Source: Bacteroidota bacterium (lineage in GTDB: Bacteria > Bacteroidota > Bacteroidia > Bacteroidales > SKPS01). Taken from it: a stretch of 64,000 nt of DNA. The DNA lies in contig JAKLII010000002.1 of NCBI GenBank assembly GCA_022709695.1, positions 90,955-154,954 on the forward strand, read 5' to 3'. Each line of letters starts with the position of its first letter. Position 1 is the first letter of the stretch. Under the pieces are notes generated by a model. It saw nothing but the letters and a program-made list of their open reading frames with translations, searched no databases and was not told the origin of the DNA. Below are positions 8,337-17,777 of this stretch, in pieces. A program made the position numbers and the translations under genes.

Positions 8337-9713
8337 ATGGAACTTCCTTTCGCAGAATCGTACAAAATAAAAATGGTCGAGCAGATTCACCCATCAACCC
8401 GCGAGGATCGTGAGCGCTGGATCAGAGAAGCCAGATATAACCTCTTCAATCTTAAAAGCAATCAGGTATTCATTGACCTTCTTACCGATTCCGGTACCGG
8501 TGCCATGTCCGATAAACAGTGGTCGGAAATGATGATAGGAGATGAAAGCTATGCAGGTGCTTCCTCATATTTTAAACTCAAAGATGCTATCTCCAACATT
8601 ACAGGCTTCCCGTATTTTTTACCTACCCATCAGGGCCGTGCCGCCGAAAATGTGCTTTTCTCCGCATTGATCAAAGAGGGTGACTTCGTCCCCGGAAATG
8701 CCCATTTTGATACCACCAAGGGGCATATTGAATTCAGAAAAGCCACCGCAGTGGATTGCACCATTGATGAAGCCTACGACACCTTTGTATATCACCCGTT
8801 TAAAGGGAATGTCGACCTTGGGAAACTCGAGGAAGCCATTCTGAAATATACCCCGTCCAAAATACCCGCACTGGTCATTACCATAACCTGTAATACCTCT
8901 GGTGGACAGCCGGTTTCCATGGAAAACCTGAGACAAACGTACCATCTTGCCAAAAAATATGACATTCCGGTGGTCTTCGACTCAGCCCGTTTTGCTGAAA
9001 ATGCCTATTTCATCAAGATGCGTGAACCCGGTTATCAGGACAAGTCCATCCGCGAAATTGTGGCCGAGATGTTTTCCTATGCTGACATCATGACGATGAG
9101 CAGTAAGAAGGATGCCATCGTTAATATGGGTGGCTTCATTGCTATGCGAAGCGAGGAGCTTTATCGGAAAGCTACGGTCTTTAATATCGTATTTGAAGGC
9201 TATATTACCTATGGCGGAATGTCAGGCAGGGACATGAATGCCCTTGCTCAGGGACTCTATGAAGGAACCGAATTTGATTACCTCGACACCCGGATCAAAC
9301 AGGTGGCATATCTTGGAACAAGGCTGAAAGAATACGGCGTTGAGATTCAGGAACCCTTTGGGGGCCATGCCATTTTTGTAAATGCCGGCTCCATGATGAA
9401 ACACATTCCAAAAGATCAGTTTCAGGCACAAACCCTTGCCATTGAACTTTACCTCGAGAGTGGCGTCAGAGGTGTGGAGATCGGAACCCTGCTTGCGGAC
9501 CGGGATCCCGTAACCCGTGAAAACCGCTACCCAAAGCTTGAACTCCTCAGACTCGCTATCCCAAGAAGGGTTTATACAAATAACCATATGGATTATATTG
9601 CTGTTGCCCTCGGAAATGTTGCTGCCAGAAAAAACAGCATCACCAAAGGATTCAGAATTCTGAGGGAAGCACCCATCATGAGGCACTTTACCGTTGAACT
9701 CGAAAGGGTCTGA
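8337..9713 (+). CDS. Beta-eliminating PLP lyase: tryptophanase or tyrosine phenol-lyase
   Basis: 458 aa. IDLLTDSGTGAMSDKQW, PTHQGRAAEN, GGQPVSMENL, the PLP-lysine context MSSKKDAIVNMGGF, and LRLAIPRRVYTNNHMD match TnaA/TPL along the whole length. I cannot decide Trp versus Tyr specificity by eye. Confidence 0.85.
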   Translation: MELPFAESYKIKMVEQIHPSTREDRERWIREARYNLFNLKSNQVFIDLLTDSGTGAMSDKQWSEMMIGDESYAGASSYFKLKDAISNITGFPYFLPTHQGRAAENVLFSALIKEGDFVPGNAHFDTTKGHIEFRKATAVDCTIDEAYDTFVYHPFKGNVDLGKLEEAILKYTPSKIPALVITITCNTSGGQPVSMENLRQTYHLAKKYDIPVVFDSARFAENAYFIKMREPGYQDKSIREIVAEMFSYADIMTMSSKKDAIVNMGGFIAMRSEELYRKATVFNIVFEGYITYGGMSGRDMNALAQGLYEGTEFDYLDTRIKQVAYLGTRLKEYGVEIQEPFGGHAIFVNAGSMMKHIPKDQFQAQTLAIELYLESGVRGVEIGTLLADRDPVTRENRYPKLELLRLAIPRRVYTNNHMDYIAVALGNVAARKNSITKGFRILREAPIMRHFTVELERV

Positions 9714-9783
9714 CCCCTCTTCCTACTTCAACTGTAATCATATCTCTGATATCCATCCCGTTCAACCACCAACCTTATAAGGC

Positions 9784-10329
9784 ATGAATCCCACTGTCAT
9801 GGGCGTTGTTGCTGCCGTTGTTTCGCTGCTGATCGCCTTCTCATTTTCATCCTTCTACTTTAAAACCGGATTCAGGGGACTTGCTTTAAAGGCCATTCCA
9901 TTGTTTCTGATGGTATTTGCCGGCTTTACCGTGTTTGGATGGTTCATCGGGAATTTTGCAGGCAATCAGTTGGAATCCCTTGGAAAACAAGCCGGTGCCT
10001 CTCTGTTGTTGATCCTGGGTATCCGCTTTCTGATCAAAGGTATCACCACCAAAACAACCCGCAGATTGTTCGACATCGGGAAATCCAGGGTCCTTATCGG
10101 ACTGCTGATCATGCTCAATCTGGATGTATTACTGATGTATACGGCTGTTTCCGTGGCATTTGACACACCGGCATTCCCCGTTGTGATCATTGGAACGGGT
10201 GGGGCTTTGGCCGGACTGATTTCCGGAACCGCCATCGGAAAAAGAACCGGGTTCCTGATGCCCAACCTTCTGGAAATCATCACCGCGCTCCTTCTGGGTG
10301 CGGCCGGAATCCTTATACTCCTGGGTTAA
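9784..10329 (+). CDS. Small polytopic membrane protein (possibly MntP/DUF204-like)
   Basis: 181 aa with about 6 hydrophobic helices in two halves. Length and layout resemble MntP-type exporters (LLILGIRFLIKG; GKRTGF...LLGAAGILILL), but the conserved acidic residues of MntP are not obvious. Confidence 0.35.
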   Translation: MNPTVMGVVAAVVSLLIAFSFSSFYFKTGFRGLALKAIPLFLMVFAGFTVFGWFIGNFAGNQLESLGKQAGASLLLILGIRFLIKGITTKTTRRLFDIGKSRVLIGLLIMLNLDVLLMYTAVSVAFDTPAFPVVIIGTGGALAGLISGTAIGKRTGFLMPNLLEIITALLLGAAGILILLG

Positions 10330-12938
10330 ATGTAATCGCGCCAGTCAGTCTTGCGCGTAATTTTCAGATCCTGCAGAACGGATGACTTCACCTTAAGGGT
10401 CATCATATAGCTTTTTCTGGGGCCTAAAGGAATCCAGTCAAGGCTCATATCCCAGCAATGCAGATCACGCCATAAACGTAATCTTGTAAAAGAGAGTTCC
10501 ATCAGCATGAAATCAATACCGGTCTCCACCTCGATCTTCCATTTCGGGGTCAGGTTAAAATCGCCCTGGATACCGAGCGTCTGTATGTGCTGACGATCAC
10601 GGATACCCGGAACTTTCGTAAGTACACTGCTGTACCTGTAATTGTATGATAATGAGAATCTCCACGGATTAGTCCAGTCAATGTAGCTCTGCGGTTGGCC
10701 CGTCACTTCGGATACCTCTGCCTGGTCCTCTTCCGGTACCGATCCGCTTTGGTTGATTTGATCCTTTGAACTGAGCATATAGGAAAAACTTAACGTGATC
10801 TCAGAACTGGTCCTTCTGAAAATCCTGCCGTCACGTTCAAACTCAAACCGGTTGATGCGCCTTCCCAGAGTATCTACCTGGTAGGGATCCCAGGCTCCTG
10901 AAAAATTAATTCTCAGGTTCTTGAACAAGGTAGTATACCCACTCATGCTCAGTGGGCTCCAGTTCAGTGAGTCTTTGGCCAGGTCGTAACTGCCCGAAAA
11001 AGTAAGGTTTTCAATCAGGGTAATCTTACGGATTCCTGTGGTATCCCTGTTCGATTTTATCTTCATTTCCAGGTTGTTGCCCACATTAAAACCTACCCTT
11101 CCCGATCGTCCTGCGGTTGGAGTCCCATACACCAGAGATTCAAAGATGGAATACCGGTTCAATACCGGTCCGGTGGCCCCGGGTGTCTGATAATACCGGT
11201 AATACCCCCACCGCTGGGCCCCGAAATCAGGTGTATAGCTAAACGACATGGAAGGCGTAAGTACATGTCGCACTGTAGTAACCGGGCCGCGTGTAAAATC
11301 ATAAAAGCCGTACATCCGGGTTCCCCAGTTCGAGGTAAAACCGTAATTTCTGGCCGCTTTGAAACCATATACCGTGTCGGTGTCAACATACCCGATGAGT
11401 GTATCTTCAGCCTGTATCAGCGTTCCGTTATTCCAGCTCTTTTCATAATGCCTGAAATACCACCGCTCTGTGTATTGAATGCTGTTGGTGACATTAAGCC
11501 ATCCCCCGATATTGAAATTGCTCTGGACAGGTATGGAATGCTGAATGCCGTTGTTGAAGTCCCGCAACTGCACGTACCGCAGCATCGTATCAGTCGTTAA
11601 CAGGGCATTCTGCGAAACCAGAGAGTAACTCAGGTTAATATCCTCGTACCAACGCGGTTTCCCGGTGGATTTCTTTCTTTTAAAAGGATAAATCCGCTGC
11701 ATCGTCGATAAACTGAAATCGGGTGCTTTTACCTGAAACTCACGGGTCAGTGTGTTCTGACTATGGGTCATGGCAGCACTCAGGCTGAATAAACCCAGGA
11801 GCTGGGTGCTGTAACTGATGTTCGACGAATAGGTGTTCGTGAGATAGTCGGTGGTGGTGGTTGGATTGTAACTGTTGTAATTGGCGGATCCTACATTCAC
11901 ATTAGCGGAAAACCGGCGCGTTGGGTGCGCTCCGGGCTCCTGGGCATGGCTCCATTTGAAAAACATATTCTCTATCCGTTCGTAATCCGGCGAATCCTTG
12001 TCTGTAAGTTTCGTCACCGAATAGCTTGCACTCATCCGGCCCGAATACCGGTACCGCTTCTTGTATACAGACTCTGCTTTCAAACCCCAGCTCCCCCTCG
12101 AGTAGATATCACCCCTTAGTGCCAGATCCACATAATCATTAATGGCAAAGTAGTACCCCCCGTTTTCAAGAAAGAACCCGCGGTTGGCTGCTTCGCCATA
12201 TCCCGGAATCAGAATCCCGCTGGTCTGCCCTTTCTTGTTCGGAAAGAAACCAAACGGAACAAACAATACCGTTGGGATTCCTTCAATCCGCAATATAGCT
12301 GGACCTGTGATGATCTTATCCTTTGGTATTACCTTCGCCTTCCGGAAATAGATATCGAAATGGGGATGTTCATGGTCATTGCAGGTGGTATACGATCCGG
12401 AACTGATGTTGATGTTGTCGTTCGACTGCTTCAGGATTGAATCACCAAGGATATATCCCTCCCCTTCATTGGTAACCACCCATCGGATAAATCCTTGTTT
12501 GGTTTTCATGTTGTAATACATCTCCTTAGCCATGAACTCCCGTTCCGCTTCCCTGAAAACCGGCTGATTGATCAATTTGCCGGTACTGTCCGTATACCCT
12601 CTGGCATACAATAAACTCTTGCTGAAATCAAATTCCAGATAACCACTCTCCTGCTCAATCTTTTGGTATTGTAAGGTCGCATTGCTGTAATTGCCGTACA
12701 AATGGGCTTTCTTTGTGTTAAAATCCATCCTGATGGAATCAGTGGCTTCATAAGTCACCGGGTACTGCAACTGCCCTGATGAAGAGGTTGATGGTATAGA
12801 ATCCCGGATACCCGCAACAGTAGTATCTAAAGGCATCCTGTTCGCTGTATCAACCACCTGGGCGGCTGCATCATACACTCCTGCAATCGCAAGGAAGAGG
12901 ATAATTACACAGGAAGTTGTTAATTTCTTGGTTAGCAA
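10326..12938 (-). CDS. LptD-like LPS-assembly outer-membrane protein (Bacteroidota type)
   Basis: 870 aa with a signal peptide. An OstA-like N-terminal region (YEATDSIRMDFNTKKAHLYGN...YNMKTKQGF...GSYTTCNDHEHPHFDIYFRKAKVIP) is followed by a long Y/N/S/T-rich beta-barrel region. It lies divergent from an amidase gene, as in other Bacteroidota. Confidence 0.65.
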   Translation of the reverse strand: MLTKKLTTSCVIILFLAIAGVYDAAAQVVDTANRMPLDTTVAGIRDSIPSTSSSGQLQYPVTYEATDSIRMDFNTKKAHLYGNYSNATLQYQKIEQESGYLEFDFSKSLLYARGYTDSTGKLINQPVFREAEREFMAKEMYYNMKTKQGFIRWVVTNEGEGYILGDSILKQSNDNINISSGSYTTCNDHEHPHFDIYFRKAKVIPKDKIITGPAILRIEGIPTVLFVPFGFFPNKKGQTSGILIPGYGEAANRGFFLENGGYYFAINDYVDLALRGDIYSRGSWGLKAESVYKKRYRYSGRMSASYSVTKLTDKDSPDYERIENMFFKWSHAQEPGAHPTRRFSANVNVGSANYNSYNPTTTTDYLTNTYSSNISYSTQLLGLFSLSAAMTHSQNTLTREFQVKAPDFSLSTMQRIYPFKRKKSTGKPRWYEDINLSYSLVSQNALLTTDTMLRYVQLRDFNNGIQHSIPVQSNFNIGGWLNVTNSIQYTERWYFRHYEKSWNNGTLIQAEDTLIGYVDTDTVYGFKAARNYGFTSNWGTRMYGFYDFTRGPVTTVRHVLTPSMSFSYTPDFGAQRWGYYRYYQTPGATGPVLNRYSIFESLVYGTPTAGRSGRVGFNVGNNLEMKIKSNRDTTGIRKITLIENLTFSGSYDLAKDSLNWSPLSMSGYTTLFKNLRINFSGAWDPYQVDTLGRRINRFEFERDGRIFRRTSSEITLSFSYMLSSKDQINQSGSVPEEDQAEVSEVTGQPQSYIDWTNPWRFSLSYNYRYSSVLTKVPGIRDRQHIQTLGIQGDFNLTPKWKIEVETGIDFMLMELSFTRLRLWRDLHCWDMSLDWIPLGPRKSYMMTLKVKSSVLQDLKITRKTDWRDYI

Positions 12939-13091
12939 TTGTATGGTGTTGCTTCAGGTTATTCTTGTATTTTGATCTACCTTAGTCCCTGCCTGTAACG
13001 ACAATGTTTCCGCATCATTGTACCTTTTCAGGCAAATTAACGTTTGTAAATCGGTATTCATTTCAGAAAGACGTAACAAAAATAACCCAAA

Positions 13092-14354
13092 ATGTCATAC
13101 AGCCCCCGTTTCAGTTACAGCATACGGCTTCTTGCCATGATCACCCTGGCCATGCTGTATCATGATCTATGGCCGCAAACCGCTTCTCATCCGCCTGCCA
13201 AAACCTGGACGATCGTTATCGACCCGGGGCACGGAGGGACCGACCCGGGAGCGGTGAATGGGACTGTGAAAGAAAAAGATGTGAATCTGGCCATCGCGTT
13301 AAAACTGGGAAAACTCCTCACAGGCTTTGAAAACACCAAAGTGATCTATACTCGCGAAACGGATGTGGCTGTTGACCTCTACAAAAGGCCACAAATTGCA
13401 AATGACCACAAAGCCGACCTCTTTATTTCCGTTCATTGCAATTCCTCAGAGTCTGCAAAACCCTACGGAGCCGAAACATTCGTCATGGGACTCCATAGAA
13501 GCAAAGCCAACCTCGAAGTGGCACGAAAAGAAAATGCCGTCATCCTGCTCGAGGAGAATTATAGCCAGAAATATCAGGGCTTTGATCCTAATTCTCCCGA
13601 ATCAGATATCATCTTCTCACTATACCAGAATGCATTCCTCGAACAAAGCGTCAATCTGGCATCCCTCATCCAGAAAGAGTTCAGAATCAATGCCCAGCGT
13701 TTCGACCGGGGGGTGAAACAGGCAGGATTTCTGGTACTTTACAAAACCAATATGCCTGGTATTCTTGTAGAAGCCGGGTTCCTGAGCAACGAAAACGAAT
13801 GTAAATACCTGGCTTCCGATGCGGGAAAGGCTGCCATTGCCAGCGCTGTTTTTAATGCGGTATTAAACTATCGTGAAAAAATAGACGGCGTTCGTCCTCA
13901 ACCTGTTAAATCCGGCCCTGCAAAAAAAACCACCGAACCCCAAACCAACACCCAAACCCAATCCCCTGTGGTTAAAACCGATCCTGCTGAACCTAAAATT
14001 GTACCCGATAGCCTTTCAACCCAAAAACCAGAAGTAAAAGAAACCGTAGTTCAGGAGAAAAAACCTGCTGCAAATACCCCTCCTGAAGTCCATTTTTCAG
14101 TGCAGTTCCTGACCTCCAGAACCATTCTCAAACCTAACGATCCTGCCCTTAAAGGTATCCCTGAGGTTCATTTCTATGAAGTGGATGGAACCTACCGTTA
14201 TGTCTCAGGATATTTCACTAACCAGCCGGATGCCATCCGTCATAAAAATTCCATTCTTGAGGGTGGAGTGTATAAAGATGCTTTCATTGTCGCTTTTAAT
14301 AAAGGAAAAAGGATTTCTCTGACGGAGGCCGGTACACTCCTGGGAAAACCCTGA
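13092..14354 (+). CDS. N-acetylmuramoyl-L-alanine amidase (Amidase_3) with a C-terminal SPOR-like domain
   Basis: IDPGHGGTDPGAV, KEKDVNLAIALKLGKLL, DLFISVHCNS and GFLSNENE form the AmiA/B/C catalytic core. A P/T/Q/K-rich linker follows, then a SPOR-like end (HFSVQFLTSR...YRYVSGYFTNQPDAIRHKN). Confidence 0.85.
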   Translation: MSYSPRFSYSIRLLAMITLAMLYHDLWPQTASHPPAKTWTIVIDPGHGGTDPGAVNGTVKEKDVNLAIALKLGKLLTGFENTKVIYTRETDVAVDLYKRPQIANDHKADLFISVHCNSSESAKPYGAETFVMGLHRSKANLEVARKENAVILLEENYSQKYQGFDPNSPESDIIFSLYQNAFLEQSVNLASLIQKEFRINAQRFDRGVKQAGFLVLYKTNMPGILVEAGFLSNENECKYLASDAGKAAIASAVFNAVLNYREKIDGVRPQPVKSGPAKKTTEPQTNTQTQSPVVKTDPAEPKIVPDSLSTQKPEVKETVVQEKKPAANTPPEVHFSVQFLTSRTILKPNDPALKGIPEVHFYEVDGTYRYVSGYFTNQPDAIRHKNSILEGGVYKDAFIVAFNKGKRISLTEAGTLLGKP

Positions 14355-14435
14355 TGACTGATGATTGTATGGCCTTCTGATGTGAACGATATGTTCAATG
14401 TAAGGCATCGGTCAACATTTTCGCTGCAGAATGAT

Positions 14436-14443
14436 TACCTTTG
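14436..14443 (+). promoter_or_regulatory. Candidate -7 box (TACCTTTG) for the MlaD-like gene
   Basis: Matches TAnnTTTG 18 nt upstream of ATG 14461. It lies inside the first codons of the ORF-track model (14431), which argues for the downstream start. Confidence 0.3.
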
Positions 14444-14460
14444 TAGAGAATTTTTTTGCT

Positions 14461-15462
14461 ATGAGATTTTCCCGTGAAATAAGAATTGCCTTCCTGTTTC
14501 TGGCTGCCCTTGCCCTGTTGATCTGGGGTATAAACTTTATGAAAGGAAAGAATATTTTCAGGAAAGAAAGGACCTTCTTTGCTGTCTATGAGAGAACTGC
14601 AGGACTCGGGGTAAATAATCCGGTGCTGATAAACGGTCATCAGGTGGGGCTCGTACGGCAGATCAGCTTTATGGAAAACGACCCTCAGGCCCGGCTTCTG
14701 GTGAAAATCGGCATCACCGATAAATTACCCATCCCCTCCGATTCAAGAGCAGTTATTGAGACAAACCTGCTGGGCTCCAATATGGTAAATATTCAGCTCG
14801 GCAGTTCGGCCAAAATGCTTAAAGCGAACGATACCCTTCTTTCCCAGGTAGCTACAACACTTCAGGAGCAATTCAGTATCGAAATGCTGCCGGTGAAGAA
14901 AAAAGCAGAAAACGTAATGCTTTCACTCGATACGGTGCTTACGGTAATCCGCTCGGTTTTTAATGCTGAAACACGTATGAACCTGACCCTGGCCATGGAA
15001 AACATCCGCCGGAGTATCGAAACCCTTCGCAACACAACCTATAATATTGACACTCTGGTATCTTCACAGCGCAACCGCCTTTCCCTCATCCTTTCAAACG
15101 TTGAGTCCATAACCTCCAATTTTGAAAACAACAACGAAACCCTGAACCGGATTATCACCAACATCGGTAATATATCAGATACTCTTGCAAGGGTAAAGAT
15201 ATCTTCAACCCTGATGAATGCTGACAAAGCAATCGCCGATTTTTCTCAGGTTGTGACCAAAATCAACGAAGGCGACGGAAGCCTCTCCATGTTGATCAAC
15301 GATAAGCAACTCTACTATCAGCTGCAAAATGCCTCCACCGAAATGAAGGAACTGATCCGGGATATTAAATTGTACCCTGACAGATACCTCCATTTCAGTA
15401 TCTTTGGAAGAAAAGGGAGTAAAAACCCCTTTACCCTCACCCCGGATTCTTTGCAGAATTAA
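14461..15462 (+). CDS. MlaD/MCE-domain protein (lipid asymmetry/transport family)
   Basis: N-terminal TM segment (IRIAFLFLAALALLIWGINF). MCE core (GLGVNNPVLINGHQVGLVRQISF). A long helical C-terminus. The start is set at the second ATG (MRFSREI). Confidence 0.75.
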   Translation: MRFSREIRIAFLFLAALALLIWGINFMKGKNIFRKERTFFAVYERTAGLGVNNPVLINGHQVGLVRQISFMENDPQARLLVKIGITDKLPIPSDSRAVIETNLLGSNMVNIQLGSSAKMLKANDTLLSQVATTLQEQFSIEMLPVKKKAENVMLSLDTVLTVIRSVFNAETRMNLTLAMENIRRSIETLRNTTYNIDTLVSSQRNRLSLILSNVESITSNFENNNETLNRIITNIGNISDTLARVKISSTLMNADKAIADFSQVVTKINEGDGSLSMLINDKQLYYQLQNASTEMKELIRDIKLYPDRYLHFSIFGRKGSKNPFTLTPDSLQN

Positions 15463-15466
15463 CCGG

Positions 15467-16987
15467 TTACTCGGCTTTGTGGTTCAGGTCGTAACGGGAA
15501 ACCGGCCTTTCAGCCTCCCGAATCAGAAACCCTTTCAGGAATCTTTCAGTCTGGTTAAGCTCCTTTTCAGGGTAGGTAGTGCCACTCACACCCTTCAGAT
15601 ATACAATCGTCTCAATTTCACCTTTCAGAAACTCCATCCGCATCTGTTCCGATCTGGCCTTATCAATGCCAATCAACCCTCCGTTCTCTTCCCGTGCATA
15701 ATATAAGGTTTCAGTCCCTCCATCCACAAACAACCTGTCCAGCTCACGATCCTTAAAAAATCCGGTAATCACATAACCCTTTACCTGGTTGTACCCCGGA
15801 TCCCGATCCTCTGATATGATGAATCCATTCCCTGTCATCCGCATGCTGTCAAGTTTCTGGTTGACAAAATACAAGGTAATGGTATCAGCTGTAATCTGGG
15901 TTTTTTCATTCCAGATCACCGGCATAGCAAACATATACATCACCGAATCCGCAAAATGGTAGGCCATCGAATCACATACCCCCTGAAGGTCCGACCTGAA
16001 AAACCGTACATGATGATATCCAAAAAACTCTCTTCCATTCCGAAGGGTATCATACGTGATGTAGAGGGTGTCACTTTGCAGGACCAGTGTATCCTCCTTA
16101 TCCCATACTTCTGCCCAGGCACTGTCGGTAAGCCAGGCATATCCCGAACTTCCAGCATATTCACCCAAATGCCCCCCCAGAATAACACTGCTGACAGTGT
16201 CCTGTATCTTCACATTTCTGAATGCCCTCGAGAATTCAAGGTTCCGGTCATAGGTAATACTGTCTCCTGATATCCGCGTATCCTTGTTTTGCATCCATGA
16301 ATTCTTCCTGCAGATGGAAAAATCTCTCCTGGTATCATAGGTTCCCCGCTCTGTATAAATCAGGCTTTCATCACCCCTGATCAGTGTAGCTCCAAATACA
16401 TCCGCGATTTCAGAAGGGGTATGATAATGGAGTGTATCGGTGTACAGGGTGAACTTTGGATGCATGAGAACCACATCATCTTCAAAGATAAATTGCTTCC
16501 GGTCAGCATAATAGGTTCCCTTTTTACTCGTAAGGGTATTGGTCCGGCTCACGATTTTACCTCCCTTATCATACCAGGCAATGTTGCGGTTGATGTCGTA
16601 CGTCAGTTCATCTGTCGTAAGTGATACCTGAGGATCCACCAAAACAACATTCCGGAATGCGGTGGCCATCCCTGTGGATGGGAGGTATTTCAGAAAATCA
16701 CAGTAGAGATTCAGGGTATCCGAATCCTGGATATGTACATTTGAAAATGCCTCTACAATATTGGTCTCCTCATAAAAATATGCTGAATCGCATAGCATAA
16801 GGGTTCCCTGATGCCTGAACTGCACCGAACCTATGGCTCTTCGAACCTTCCCGAAATTTACCTGATCATACTCAACATAATCAGAGTAAATCCATTCAAC
16901 CCGCTTTTGTGCATATAGAGTGCCGGCAGCCCCGAAAACCCAAGCCAGAAAAAATAACCGAAATATCGCTCGAATCCGGTAATTCAT
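15467..16987 (-). CDS. OstA-like (LptA/LptD N-terminal fold) repeat protein
   Basis: 506 aa with a signal peptide (AAGTLYAQ). It has repeated OstA-type strands (GSVQFRHQGTLMLCDSAYFYEETN..., LTTDELTYDINRN..., TLYTDTLHYH...). This is the typical Bacteroidota 'OstA-like' architecture. Confidence 0.6.
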   Translation of the reverse strand: MNYRIRAIFRLFFLAWVFGAAGTLYAQKRVEWIYSDYVEYDQVNFGKVRRAIGSVQFRHQGTLMLCDSAYFYEETNIVEAFSNVHIQDSDTLNLYCDFLKYLPSTGMATAFRNVVLVDPQVSLTTDELTYDINRNIAWYDKGGKIVSRTNTLTSKKGTYYADRKQFIFEDDVVLMHPKFTLYTDTLHYHTPSEIADVFGATLIRGDESLIYTERGTYDTRRDFSICRKNSWMQNKDTRISGDSITYDRNLEFSRAFRNVKIQDTVSSVILGGHLGEYAGSSGYAWLTDSAWAEVWDKEDTLVLQSDTLYITYDTLRNGREFFGYHHVRFFRSDLQGVCDSMAYHFADSVMYMFAMPVIWNEKTQITADTITLYFVNQKLDSMRMTGNGFIISEDRDPGYNQVKGYVITGFFKDRELDRLFVDGGTETLYYAREENGGLIGIDKARSEQMRMEFLKGEIETIVYLKGVSGTTYPEKELNQTERFLKGFLIREAERPVSRYDLNHKAE

Positions 16988-16988
16988 T

Positions 16989-17723
16989 CTACTTTTTAAC
17001 CACCAGCTTGCGGGTGAGGATCGTCTGCTGATTCCGTATCAGGGAGTAAAAATAGATACCGCTTTCAACAGTTGAAAGATCAAAGTCGATCAGTCCTTCA
17101 CCCGGCGGAAGGGGAGCTTCACGAACCGTCCGACCGGCAAAATCCCTGAGAGTCAGCACCAGGGGATTTTTATCGTCTTGATGGGTATAGGCGAATGTAA
17201 CTTTATCAGTGGCCGGATTTGGGTAAGCGGCTGTTATTTCCGGGACCACGGAGGGGAAGTCATTTACCCCTATTGTACCGGTAAAACGTACCGTAAAGGA
17301 GATCGTATCATTGGTATTGGCAACATTGAAGAAAGTGTACCTGATGATCGTAGTACCTGTGTTGTTCAGCGGATAATAATCACCTGTGAAACTTGTATCC
17401 CAGCCACCTCCGGCAGCAAGATTGACAGATCCTACAGATACCATCGTAGATCCACCATAGCAATTGCCTGCAAAGCAGAAAGTATTCGTGGAATTCAGTA
17501 CCGTGTATATCTCATCTTTGCGAACTTTCACCTCAACCGCAGCCGAACTGTTGTTAATAACCTTCGCATCCACGATAATCACGGTGTCAATCTTGCCGGA
17601 AACATCAAGCGTGGTTCCATTGAGAACCGCATTCCCGTGAAAGGTTACACTCAGGCTTTGTGCACCGGCACCCAACGAAAGAACTGAAAAGATGGCTGTA
17701 AACAGAATGGATAGTTTTCTCAT
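16989..17723 (-). CDS. Secreted protein with a T9SS C-terminal sorting domain, unknown function
   Basis: Signal peptide (LSLGAGAQS). Ig-like beta-rich body. The C-terminus YPNPATDKVTFAY...GIYFYSLIRNQQTILTRKLVVKK is a type-A T9SS CTD. Confidence 0.7.
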   Translation of the reverse strand: MRKLSILFTAIFSVLSLGAGAQSLSVTFHGNAVLNGTTLDVSGKIDTVIIVDAKVINNSSAAVEVKVRKDEIYTVLNSTNTFCFAGNCYGGSTMVSVGSVNLAAGGGWDTSFTGDYYPLNNTGTTIIRYTFFNVANTNDTISFTVRFTGTIGVNDFPSVVPEITAAYPNPATDKVTFAYTHQDDKNPLVLTLRDFAGRTVREAPLPPGEGLIDFDLSTVESGIYFYSLIRNQQTILTRKLVVKK

Positions 17724-17777
17724 GCCTTAAAAATTTAGGGGCAATTTACTGCAAAAATTGTGCAAAAAATTCAGGAA

